DNA of 56,916 nucleotides from a virus: IMG/VR virus record IMGVR_UViG_3300006226_000001, positions 1 through 56,916 of that record; one strand, given 5' to 3'. Of this stretch, positions 35,042 through 42,883 are shown piece by piece. The notes beneath the pieces were generated by a model. The model did not search any database, had not been told where the DNA came from, and worked only from the letters and a program-made list of their open reading frames with translations. Each line of letters begins with the position of its first letter. The stretch's first letter is position 1. Both the position numbers and the translations under genes were made by a program.

Positions 35042-36793
35042 ATGTCAGACCAAATATATAAAGGAATTTTGACACCGATAGGAATACAGGCTATTCTGCT
35101 GGCAATTTCAGATGGGCAGAGTTTGAATTTATCCTATATCGGTATTGGTGATGGTGATGGTGATATTTACACACCCGTGGAGGGACAAGAGGATTTAAAG
35201 AATGAGCTTCATCAGATAAGTATAAACGATTTATTTATTGACCCTGCCAATCCGTCTTGGGTCGTAATCGAAGGTTATATCCCAGAGGACATCGGGGGAT
35301 TTTGGATAAGAGAATTATCAGCAAAGGACGAGAACGGGCGGGTAATAGCAGTAGCCTCATACCCACCAACTTATAAGCCTCTTCTCGTAGAGGGTGCGTC
35401 AAAAGCCGAAGTAGTGAGGATGGTGCTTGAGGTTTCAAATACCGATGTATTTAATCTGGTAATTGACACTTCACTTGCACTGGTAACGAGAGACGAATTT
35501 ACAAGACACACAGCGATGGTAACAGGTGTCCATGGCTCAAGTGCAGAGGCTATGCCAGATAGCCTTGCGGCTCGATATGATGGTGGTCGATTGAAAGTAG
35601 GTGTCCCAGTAGAGCCTGAGGATGCTGCTCGTCTGAGAGAAATAACCGATGTGATAGCTCTAATCGACCAAGCGACTGATAGCGGTGTTCCACTCTGGAC
35701 TACCCATACAGGTGATGGGACTACTACAAGATTTAATTTTATGGGGTTGCTAAGAGATAATGCTAATGCAGTGGCAGTTTTTATCAATGGTGTAAAACTT
35801 ATAGGAGGTGAGGATTATACTATTGATTTGTCACAAACTGTTTCTGCTGTTATCTTTACAACCCCACCTGCTGCTGGAGTAAAGATTGAATTTTTGACAA
35901 TGGTTTATATTTCCCAAATTCCATTGGCAACGACAGTGACTTCTGGTGTGGTGCTACTTGCTGACCATCTAAATTTTGGGTCATCTTTGTCAAATAGTGT
36001 TGTAACAAGGCAATTTTTGAGTGGTGATGCCTTGAAACTTGAGTCTGCTAACAGAATGGCATGGAGATTAGAAATGAGCGGTGTGTCATCTCTGAAAATA
36101 GAAAACCAATCAAATATCAATGTAATGGATGGTTCTGAAATATCCTTGAGTGATGGCTCAAAAATTGAGACTGGCTCTGGTGCAGAATTAAAATTGTCAG
36201 GTAGCAAGGTAACCATAAATGGCACAGGCGACAATACGGATATGATTTTTAACAACCGTGCAAGGATAGAGATGTCAGGAACTGCACGACATCGAATGAC
36301 AGCAAATTCAGAAATACAAGCAAATAACAATGCAAAAGTAAATATGTCAGGGGATTCGTCTTTGGAAATGGGTTTAGCAAGTAGTATTGCAATGTCTGGT
36401 AACTCAAAAATAAACCTTGTAAATGCAGTTATAACAGATGACAGCCGCGGTGCTTTAAAGGGTGTCAACGGAATCTACCCTACAACACCTACTACTGGGA
36501 CAGTGTCCCTTGATGGCTCTCAGCGTATTTTTTCAATACAAGGTATGGTTTCACTTGGTAATGTGCCTAATGCAAATAAACCTAATCTTCGTGCTGGTGA
36601 TATATTTTATTTTATTGGGAATCCTGGTAGCTCTCTTATGTTTCAAAATACAGCGGGATCTGCTGGCGCAGGATATATAAGTGTTAATGTAGCACCTGGT
36701 CAGGTATTGGCATTGATGTTTACAGGCAATTATCAAACAGGGTCTACTATGCCAAATCCATCAGAAATACCAATATTTTTGAGAGTAATTTAG
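35042..36793 (+). CDS. Tail fibre protein with a P2 gpH-type tail-collar N-terminal domain
   Basis: LSYIGIGDGDGDIYTPVEGQEDLKNELHQISINDLFIDPANPSWVVIEGYIPEDIGGFWIRELSAKDENGRVIAVASYPPTYKP. Confidence 0.85.
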   Translation: MSDQIYKGILTPIGIQAILLAISDGQSLNLSYIGIGDGDGDIYTPVEGQEDLKNELHQISINDLFIDPANPSWVVIEGYIPEDIGGFWIRELSAKDENGRVIAVASYPPTYKPLLVEGASKAEVVRMVLEVSNTDVFNLVIDTSLALVTRDEFTRHTAMVTGVHGSSAEAMPDSLAARYDGGRLKVGVPVEPEDAARLREITDVIALIDQATDSGVPLWTTHTGDGTTTRFNFMGLLRDNANAVAVFINGVKLIGGEDYTIDLSQTVSAVIFTTPPAAGVKIEFLTMVYISQIPLATTVTSGVVLLADHLNFGSSLSNSVVTRQFLSGDALKLESANRMAWRLEMSGVSSLKIENQSNINVMDGSEISLSDGSKIETGSGAELKLSGSKVTINGTGDNTDMIFNNRARIEMSGTARHRMTANSEIQANNNAKVNMSGDSSLEMGLASSIAMSGNSKINLVNAVITDDSRGALKGVNGIYPTTPTTGTVSLDGSQRIFSIQGMVSLGNVPNANKPNLRAGDIFYFIGNPGSSLMFQNTAGSAGAGYISVNVAPGQVLALMFTGNYQTGSTMPNPSEIPIFLRVI

Positions 36794-36833
36794 ATGGGAA
36801 TCGTGTGATTTCCATTGCGTCCCACACAAAAAG

Positions 36834-36854
36834 CCCCGCCCTAATAGGGCGGGG
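36834..36854. repeat. GC hairpin CCCCGCCC-TAATA-GGGCGGGG, of the same family as the early-region hairpins. On the minus strand it is followed by CTTTTTGTGTGGGACGCAATGG
   Basis: Perfect 8-bp arms. The T-run is on the minus-strand side only. A degenerate copy of the RBS/start cassette lies at 36811..36821. Confidence 0.8.
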
Positions 36855-36880
36855 TGAGATTTGAATTAAGGAGAGGATAG

Positions 36881-37426
36881 ATGTTAGAAATAATATTAGC
36901 TTTTTTGGGTCCTGTATTGATAGCAGTAATAACAATATTTGGCAGAAAGTGGATAAACGACAACAATGCAATACTGAAAAAAGATTTGGAAGAGATAATG
37001 GAATTTATAGGTATCAATAGAAATAATAAGAGCATTATCAAACGATTGACAGACATAAAAAACTATTACACAGAGCAATTTAAGGACGAATTATGGAGAG
37101 AAATAGCATTGGAGCGAGCCTCGATGTTAATATCGTCTTTGCAGGCAATATTGAGTATATACGAGATTGAACTAAATAATTTAGCAGCAATCAAACTGAG
37201 TTTTGAGGCATCAAGGAACAGACTTGACGCAAGACTTATAGATTTGCTCGGAGAAGAAAACGCTGCTAAATTTAAAAAGGAGAGAGATAAAGAACATCGA
37301 GCCTTTGAGGATGTCATAGAAAACATACTTGCAAGGACAAAAAACCATTTTAAAGAGGATTTCGCAGAGGCATGTAGTACATATCTGAGACAGATATTAA
37401 AAACAATGTTGAAGCGACATCAATAA
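36881..37426 (+). CDS. Membrane-anchored hypothetical protein (possible lysis-cassette member)
   Basis: N-terminal hydrophobic helix ILAFLGPVLIAVITIFG; RBS AAGGAGAGG. Confidence 0.55.
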   Translation: MLEIILAFLGPVLIAVITIFGRKWINDNNAILKKDLEEIMEFIGINRNNKSIIKRLTDIKNYYTEQFKDELWREIALERASMLISSLQAILSIYEIELNNLAAIKLSFEASRNRLDARLIDLLGEENAAKFKKERDKEHRAFEDVIENILARTKNHFKEDFAEACSTYLRQILKTMLKRHQ

Positions 37427-37437
37427 AGGGGTATCAA

Positions 37438-37725
37438 ATGAAAAAGGCAATATTTCCTATACTGGTATTAGCTTGTTTGACTGCAACTCTGCTTTCTATT
37501 GTGGTATCTGTAAATCAACATAAGTCTGAAATAGTAGAATTGGAAACAGAAATAGAGGTGCTACAAGAGAAAATCCAAGAAATGAGATATGAGCTGGACA
37601 GAAAAAACGATGATATATTTCATTTGCGTAGGATTGCAAGACAAGGTCAAGAGCTAATTGAGGAGCAGGCAAGGGATATAAGAGAATTAACCGAAGTCTA
37701 TATCGGAATGAATAACCAAGAATAA
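37438..37725 (+). CDS. Membrane-anchored coiled-coil protein (spanin-like or lysis accessory)
   Basis: N-terminal TM ILVLACLTATLLSIVVSV followed by a coiled coil. Confidence 0.5.
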   Translation: MKKAIFPILVLACLTATLLSIVVSVNQHKSEIVELETEIEVLQEKIQEMRYELDRKNDDIFHLRRIARQGQELIEEQARDIRELTEVYIGMNNQE

Positions 37726-37735
37726 GGAGTAAAAA

Positions 37736-38095
37736 ATGGATTTGTTAGTAACAATTGTATTGGCAGTGGCAATAGCTGTCATTTATTATTTTGGCAAGCA
37801 ATATGTAGATTGGCAAAAATTGAGACCGATAATGGTCGAAATAGCCAATATTATCTTGCGTGTCGAAAACGAGAGAAAGCTAAGAAAAAACGAGGTTGAC
37901 AAACTCGAAAATGTAGCTTTTACAGGTGAAGAGAAAAAGTCATTAGTTGAGAAGACTATTGAAAAAGAACTTCCAGAGGCTGATAAGGAACGGATAAAGA
38001 GAAGTCCGTTTAAATCGATTGGCAAGATTGTTGAATATGTTTTTTTGAACATAGCTCAGCCAATAATACTGGGCAGACTTGCGGGGAAGAGATAA
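37736..38095 (+). CDS. Putative holin-like membrane protein
   Basis: N-terminal TM LLVTIVLAVAIAVIYYF followed by a charged helical tail. Assigned from position and topology only. Confidence 0.35.
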   Translation: MDLLVTIVLAVAIAVIYYFGKQYVDWQKLRPIMVEIANIILRVENERKLRKNEVDKLENVAFTGEEKKSLVEKTIEKELPEADKERIKRSPFKSIGKIVEYVFLNIAQPIILGRLAGKR

Positions 38096-38096
38096 A

Positions 38097-38615
38097 ATGG
38101 AAATAGAAAGCGTGCAAATAGCCGATTTAAAACAAGCAGAGGTAGTGGTTAGAAAGCACCCTGAAGAGCAGATAAAAGAGCTTTGTCGTAGTGTCAAAAA
38201 GTTTGGACAGACGCGTCCCATTATAGTGGATGAGGACAATGTCGTTCTTGCAGGTAATGGACTTTTGACTGCCTTTTTGGAAATGCGAGAGACTGAAATC
38301 AAGGCATATCGGGTAAAGGGATTAAGCAAGGAAGAGAAGTATAAGCTGATGATAGCTGATAATAAAATATTTTCTCTTGGTTATGATGATTACTCTGTAA
38401 TTAAAGATGTCTTGAAAGGCTTTTCTGATTTTGATGTGCCTGGCTTTGATGATAGCTTTTTGAAGGAGTTAACAAATGGCTTTGACCAGCTGACAATCCC
38501 AGAGCTTGAAAAAACTGATAATTTTATGAAACAGCAGAATATGAAAGTGAAAGTCAATCGCAAGGGGGAAAAGACACTACTCTGTCCCAAATGCGGTGAG
38601 GTAATCTCTACATGA
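38097..38615 (+). CDS. ParB-like nuclease domain protein with a C-terminal zinc ribbon
   Basis: ParB N-terminal domain pattern VRKHPEEQIKELCRSVKKFGQTRPIIVDEDNVVLAGNGLLTA. CPKCGE at the C-terminus. Start ATG 38097. Confidence 0.75.
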   Translation: MEIESVQIADLKQAEVVVRKHPEEQIKELCRSVKKFGQTRPIIVDEDNVVLAGNGLLTAFLEMRETEIKAYRVKGLSKEEKYKLMIADNKIFSLGYDDYSVIKDVLKGFSDFDVPGFDDSFLKELTNGFDQLTIPELEKTDNFMKQQNMKVKVNRKGEKTLLCPKCGEVIST

Positions 38616-39454
38616 CAGATTCACAATCCCTCCCCTGCCGTCCCACACCCTCAGGTAGGGGAGGCTCTGCTGACCATTTAAATCGATTGACGACCATCAG
38701 GAGTCCAATAAACTATTATGGTGGCAAGCAGAATATGGCAAAGACAATAACTGCAATGATACCAGAGCATAAGGTATATGTCGAGCCGTTTTGTGGTGGT
38801 GCGGCTGTGTTTTGGGACAAAAAGAAATCAGATGTTGAAGTTTTATGTGATTTAGATTTTGATTTAATCAATTTTTATAAGTGCATAAAATATTATCAAA
38901 CGGAATTGTCTTGTATGATAAATAATATAGAATATAACAAAAAGACACTTCGTAACGCATTTAATCTTTTAAGGTATCCTTTCAATCCAGACACCATAAA
39001 TATTATGAGAGCGGCTCTTTATTGGTATTGTCAAAATGGTTCGTTCAATGCTGCTTTTACACCAGGCGACCCTATTGATGCCTACAATAAAAGAGAGTGG
39101 ATAAATCAAACGCACAAGGATAGATTGCAGGATGTCCATATTTATTGTGCCAATGCCTTTGACATAATCTCGGCTTATGATAGCCCAGACACTCTGTTTT
39201 ATGTCGACCCACCATATTTTAACTCGCACCAGAATTACTTTGTAAATTTTAGTGCAAGTGATTATAAGAAAATATTGTGTGTGCTTGCAAATATCAGGGG
39301 GAAATTTATCCTCTCTGGGTATCCGTCTCATCTATTAAAAAATTACTCTAAAATATTTAAATGGAAAACAGAGCATAAAGTGATGAGATTGACATCTGCA
39401 CTGGCTAATGGAAACATCAGAAATAAGGTCGAAGAGCTGACCTGGAATTTTTGA
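38612..39454 (+). CDS. dam: DNA N6-adenine methyltransferase (Dam / D12 class)
   Basis: YYGGK motif, EPFCGGAAVF (SAM-binding), catalytic DPPY (FYVDPPYFNS). ATGA overlap with the ParB-like gene. Confidence 0.88.
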   Translation: MTDSQSLPCRPTPSGRGGSADHLNRLTTIRSPINYYGGKQNMAKTITAMIPEHKVYVEPFCGGAAVFWDKKKSDVEVLCDLDFDLINFYKCIKYYQTELSCMINNIEYNKKTLRNAFNLLRYPFNPDTINIMRAALYWYCQNGSFNAAFTPGDPIDAYNKREWINQTHKDRLQDVHIYCANAFDIISAYDSPDTLFYVDPPYFNSHQNYFVNFSASDYKKILCVLANIRGKFILSGYPSHLLKNYSKIFKWKTEHKVMRLTSALANGNIRNKVEELTWNF

Positions 39455-39511
39455 AAAAAAATTAAAATATTTTGTAACATAATTTTTGAGATGAGTTTAT
39501 TTAGATGTTCA

Positions 39512-39619
39512 TCGTGAAAACGGTGGATGTGTCCGTCGTGAAAACGGCGCTGGATTAAAACGCTAATGTTTAGTTTAACGGAACTGTTTAGTTTAACCAA
39601 ATTGTTTAGTAGACTAAAC
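39512..39619. repeat. Cluster of short direct repeats and a palindrome downstream of ParB/Dam
   Basis: TCGTGAAAACGG at 39512..39523 and 39536..39547. TGTTTAGTTTAAC at 39567..39579 and 39585..39597. Palindrome GTTTAGT-AG-ACTAAAC at 39604..39619. Confidence 0.8.
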
Positions 39620-39623
39620 GATT

Positions 39624-39650
39624 GGGGACCCTTTCGGGTCCCCTTTTTTT
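39624..39650 (+). terminator. Intrinsic terminator at the end of the late (plus-strand) transcription unit
   Basis: GGGGACCC-TTTC-GGGTCCCC followed by T7. Confidence 0.85.
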
Positions 39651-39651
39651 G

Positions 39652-39915
39652 TTATCGTTTTTTGTTTAGGTTTATGTCGAGTTTTAACCTTCCTGTCCGA
39701 AGTTTTAATTCGGCAAGGGTCATCGCATATTCATCAGTCTTGATATAGCAGTCCCAACAAATTTCTGGACCCTTGCAACCTGGACATTCTGGTTTGTTTG
39801 GGTCTGGGTGAACCTCAAAGTTGTAGCAGTCTCTACCATAGTTAACCAAACTGCAATTGTCGCAGCTTTTGACCGATGGTCTCTCGCAGTAATCAGGTTT
39901 CTTTTTCTTTTTCAT
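39652..39915 (-). CDS. Cys-rich hypothetical protein (87 aa)
   Basis: ORF track. Cassette GGAGGACACAATG at the start. Multiple CxxC-like pairs (CDNC, CPGC, CWDC). Confidence 0.6.
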   Translation of the reverse strand: MKKKKKPDYCERPSVKSCDNCSLVNYGRDCYNFEVHPDPNKPECPGCKGPEICWDCYIKTDEYAMTLAELKLRTGRLKLDINLNKKR

Positions 39916-39940
39916 TGTGTCCTCCGTGGATTTAAAAATA

Positions 39941-41353
39941 TCATAACCAGTTTTTCTCTTTTGCTTTTTTATTAAATAAGTATATAAACAAAATAAATAA
40001 AAAAGTAATAATTAGTCCAGCAATTATACCAGCAATATCTGTTTCATCGGAATCAAAAATAATAGATAAAGTTACCACCCCAAATATAAAGCCAAAAAAT
40101 GACAAGATTACGATAAGAATAACTGATAAGGTTTTTTTTGACCCATTTATTTTATTGTTTTCTTTTTCAAAACAGGAAGGATGATAAATTACTTCTTGGT
40201 TTGAATTATGATTATTTTTATTTATTTGAGAGTTATTTTTTTCTGGATAAACATCTGAGCTTATACTCGATTGTTTATTATTAAATTCTGATACTTTATA
40301 AGTGTCTACAATATCCATCTTATCAAAAAAGAAACTTTTTGACATATTTGTATTTGGACAAATTGCATATAATTTATTGAAATCAGTTTTTATGGGTATT
40401 ATTTCTCTAATTGAACCAGGCTGACTCCCCCCATAATAAATAAATTTCAATATTTGACGATTGTTTATAGCGTCCTCTATAATAGCAATTTTATCGTTTT
40501 TACTTAATTTGCTTATCATTTTATTTTTAATATTTTCTGCGTATTTGTTTTCTACAGCTAAATTCAATGCCGTTTTGATATTTCTTATGTGAAAAGACCT
40601 TGAACTAAAGTTTTCAAATTCAAATTTATATCCCTTAATGTCATATTCTGTGAAAATAATAACACCGTCATCTCTTGCCAGTGAAACATTAAAATTTGGA
40701 ACAACCTTACATTCGCAAGGTTTCTTATGATTGGGACATATAAATGGCGGGATATTATCATAATAAACAGCTAAAAAAAACATATCCTCATAAGATAATA
40801 ATTCGCTATCTTTATAAGTTAAACCTTTTATTGACTCAAATAGCTTTGCTAAAAGTATTTTCTTTAATTCATCTGCTAAAAATACTCCTTCTTGTTGTTT
40901 TTCTATAGCCTGTCTTTGTTTTACTTCTTCAGTAATGTCATATTTTTGTAGTTTATCTAAATAGGAATTTATTTTAGTTTTTACAGCTTCAAATTGATGG
41001 TCTAAATCTATTTCTGAAAGTGCCATCTTGCCCGATGACTCATATATAACTTTACCATTGCCAGATAAACATAAAGAAAATAGAGGAACTGGCGTACAAT
41101 CACATTTTTTTCTATGGTCGCATTTTTTATATCGTCCACCAGTGAGTTTATTATATTCTCCACCTTCGAGTTTTAAATATTTTTCTTGAGAAAAAGTGTG
41201 CGAGATAGATAAAGCAAGTCCATAGTAAGTAATTGAGTTATATTCCCTCTCAAACCAATTTGGCAATTTTGTTTTGATATAATCTAAGATACTTTTCTGT
41301 AAAGCATTTGCCTCAGCTTTCATTGTGTCTGTAATTGTAATTTCGTTTGACAT
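39941..41353 (-). CDS. Membrane-anchored protein with a duplicated N-terminal module, a WYL-like domain and two C-terminal TM helices. Function unknown (moron-like)
   Basis: ORF track 39941..41359; ATG 41353 preferred (RBS AAAGAGG). Internal repeats KKCDCTPVPLFSLCLSGNGKVIYE and KKPCECKVVPNFNVSLARDDGVIIFTE. WYL-like LKFIYYGGSQPGSIREIIPIK...LYAICPN...FFFDKM. TM segments VILIVILSFFGFIFGVVTLSII and IAGIIAGLIITFLFILFIYLF. Confidence 0.7.
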   Translation of the reverse strand: MSNEITITDTMKAEANALQKSILDYIKTKLPNWFEREYNSITYYGLALSISHTFSQEKYLKLEGGEYNKLTGGRYKKCDHRKKCDCTPVPLFSLCLSGNGKVIYESSGKMALSEIDLDHQFEAVKTKINSYLDKLQKYDITEEVKQRQAIEKQQEGVFLADELKKILLAKLFESIKGLTYKDSELLSYEDMFFLAVYYDNIPPFICPNHKKPCECKVVPNFNVSLARDDGVIIFTEYDIKGYKFEFENFSSRSFHIRNIKTALNLAVENKYAENIKNKMISKLSKNDKIAIIEDAINNRQILKFIYYGGSQPGSIREIIPIKTDFNKLYAICPNTNMSKSFFFDKMDIVDTYKVSEFNNKQSSISSDVYPEKNNSQINKNNHNSNQEVIYHPSCFEKENNKINGSKKTLSVILIVILSFFGFIFGVVTLSIIFDSDETDIAGIIAGLIITFLFILFIYLFNKKAKEKNWL

Positions 41354-41379
41354 AAACACCTCTTTATTTACTTTTTAAT

Positions 41380-41411
41380 TTATAAAATAAAAACAGAGGG
41401 TATTTTGTCAA
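41380..41411 (-). promoter_or_regulatory. Candidate sigma70-type promoter for the 39941..41353 gene
   Basis: Minus strand reads TTGACA (41411..41406) followed by an AT-rich TATTTT/TATAAA region 16-21 nt downstream. Sits in the 94-bp gap after the preceding gene. Confidence 0.3.
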
Positions 41412-41453
41412 GAGAAATATTTAAGGCAGGTTTGGTTTGTAAAATAAAAAATA

Positions 41454-42068
41454 TTATATTTCGTCTTGTAGTTCTTGAATAGTGTCCTCGGCTGACATTC
41501 CTTTTTCATAAAATGTCCTCCAATGAGACTCTCCGCATTGTTCTACTATTTCAGGGTCATATATTTCTTTTAACTCCTGCATCCATTCATTAAAGCCATC
41601 GTCTTGTTGCCAATATTCTTGAACCTTTTGTTTGTTTACTATTTTAATCTCGGCTACTTTGTCCTGCTTTTCTGATGCTGATATCTGTTCACAGTTATGC
41701 TTTTTTTTCAACAATTCGGTAATTTCCCATTCATTTATTGTGCCTTGTGATTCTCCGTCATGAATTAGTAGAATATAATCTGATGCATTGATAATATCGA
41801 CAGAGCGTTCGTGAAATATACCCGTCCCATATTTTTTTGGGTTTATAAAATGCAGTTCCAAACAATAAGAATTTCTTTTAGCAAATGTTTGTGCAATTTT
41901 ACAAACTCCTTTTGGTTCCTGTGCTGTTACGATGTGGGTTACATTTACATATTTATTTATGTTTTTTATTGTCTCGTCTATTATTTTATAGGCTCTCTCA
42001 TCGAAAATTGAACGAGACCCAAACACTCCCACTGCATATCTGCTTTTTGGTGCTTCTCTTATGTTCAT
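41454..42068 (-). CDS. Diverged SLOG/DUF2493-like Rossmann protein with a C-terminal extension
   Basis: GVFGSRSI...VTHIVTAQEPKGVCKIAQTFAKRN...ASDYILLIHDGESQGT parallels the DUF2493 pattern of the neighbouring gene. ATGA coupling. Confidence 0.5.
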   Translation of the reverse strand: MNIREAPKSRYAVGVFGSRSIFDERAYKIIDETIKNINKYVNVTHIVTAQEPKGVCKIAQTFAKRNSYCLELHFINPKKYGTGIFHERSVDIINASDYILLIHDGESQGTINEWEITELLKKKHNCEQISASEKQDKVAEIKIVNKQKVQEYWQQDDGFNEWMQELKEIYDPEIVEQCGESHWRTFYEKGMSAEDTIQELQDEI

Positions 42069-42403
42069 ACCCGCACCACTTTCAAGCTTGCATTTTCAGA
42101 GCGTTTTATCATATCAGCTGTTCCTTTACCCCCTGGAAAAGCTATGACAAAGTCTGGTTTCAATTCAAGCATTACTTGATTTCTTTTGGGTCCAGCGGCT
42201 CGTCCATATTTGTTCCAGTCCGCGTAGCAGGTTGTTATTTTAATGCCATTGGCTTTACCCCACTGACGCCCTATGCTATCTGCCCCCCTGGCTCCACCTT
42301 CGATTATTTCTGTTATCTTGTTTTCTTGATGAAAACCATTAAGAAAATTAAAGGCAGTTTCTACATCGCTGTAATCTCTACCACCACATATTAAAACTCT
42401 CAT
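42065..42403 (-). CDS. DUF2493 (SLOG-family) protein
   Basis: MRVLICGGRDY...IIEGGARGADSIGRQWGKANGI...YADWNKYGRAAGPKRNQVML...AFPGGKGTADM. Confidence 0.8.
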   Translation of the reverse strand: MRVLICGGRDYSDVETAFNFLNGFHQENKITEIIEGGARGADSIGRQWGKANGIKITTCYADWNKYGRAAGPKRNQVMLELKPDFVIAFPGGKGTADMIKRSENASLKVVRV

Positions 42404-42405
42404 TG

Positions 42406-42780
42406 TTACTCCTTTTTTTTATAACTATTTTTATCCATTATATTACAGATTTTTTTTATCTCGTCAAGTTCAGATACTACAACTGCCATCCCCCCAAAAC
42501 TATTTATAAACTCAAGCCAATTTTCCTGTTCTGGTTTTAGTTTTCCTTTTTCTGATTTTACTTCGATAGAGATAAAGCGAGCTATTTCCTGACCGACCAT
42601 ATCCTCTGTGATTTTGATTTTTTGTAAACCAATTAAATCAGCAGAGCCGACACAGAGACCGAACTGGATACGCCTGCCGTCAAGCATAGTAATATTCCCA
42701 GTGTTATTTCTGAAAAGTCTGAAGTCTGGGTGCGAGCCAATGATTTTTAAAATCTCAGCTTGAAGTCTTTTTTCGGTCAT
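42406..42780 (-). CDS. VRR-NUC domain nuclease
   Basis: FRNNTG...GSADLIG...IEVKSEKGKLKPEQENWLEFINSFGGMAVVV. Confidence 0.8.
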   Translation of the reverse strand: MTEKRLQAEILKIIGSHPDFRLFRNNTGNITMLDGRRIQFGLCVGSADLIGLQKIKITEDMVGQEIARFISIEVKSEKGKLKPEQENWLEFINSFGGMAVVVSELDEIKKICNIMDKNSYKKKE

Positions 42781-42883
42781 GTAAAGAAATTCCGTTTTTT
42801 TTTACATATCAATTTTTATATGTAAAGAAATTTGACATTTGTTTATATTTACAGATGCAGGCGAGACGCCTGCGTTCCCAGTG

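Noticed and set aside
35371-36468. Minus-strand ORFs 35371..35787 and 35905..36468
   Set aside because: They are antisense to the tail-fibre gene, which has a recognisable tail-collar N-terminal domain. They have no RBS.
42857-42873. Hairpin GCAGGCG-AGA-CGCCTGC after the helicase gene, considered as a terminator
   Set aside because: It has no U-tract on either strand. The nearby TGTAAAGAAATT direct repeats (42780, 42821) and the TTTACATAT/ATATGTAAA inverted repeat suggest a regulatory site, but support is insufficient to call one.
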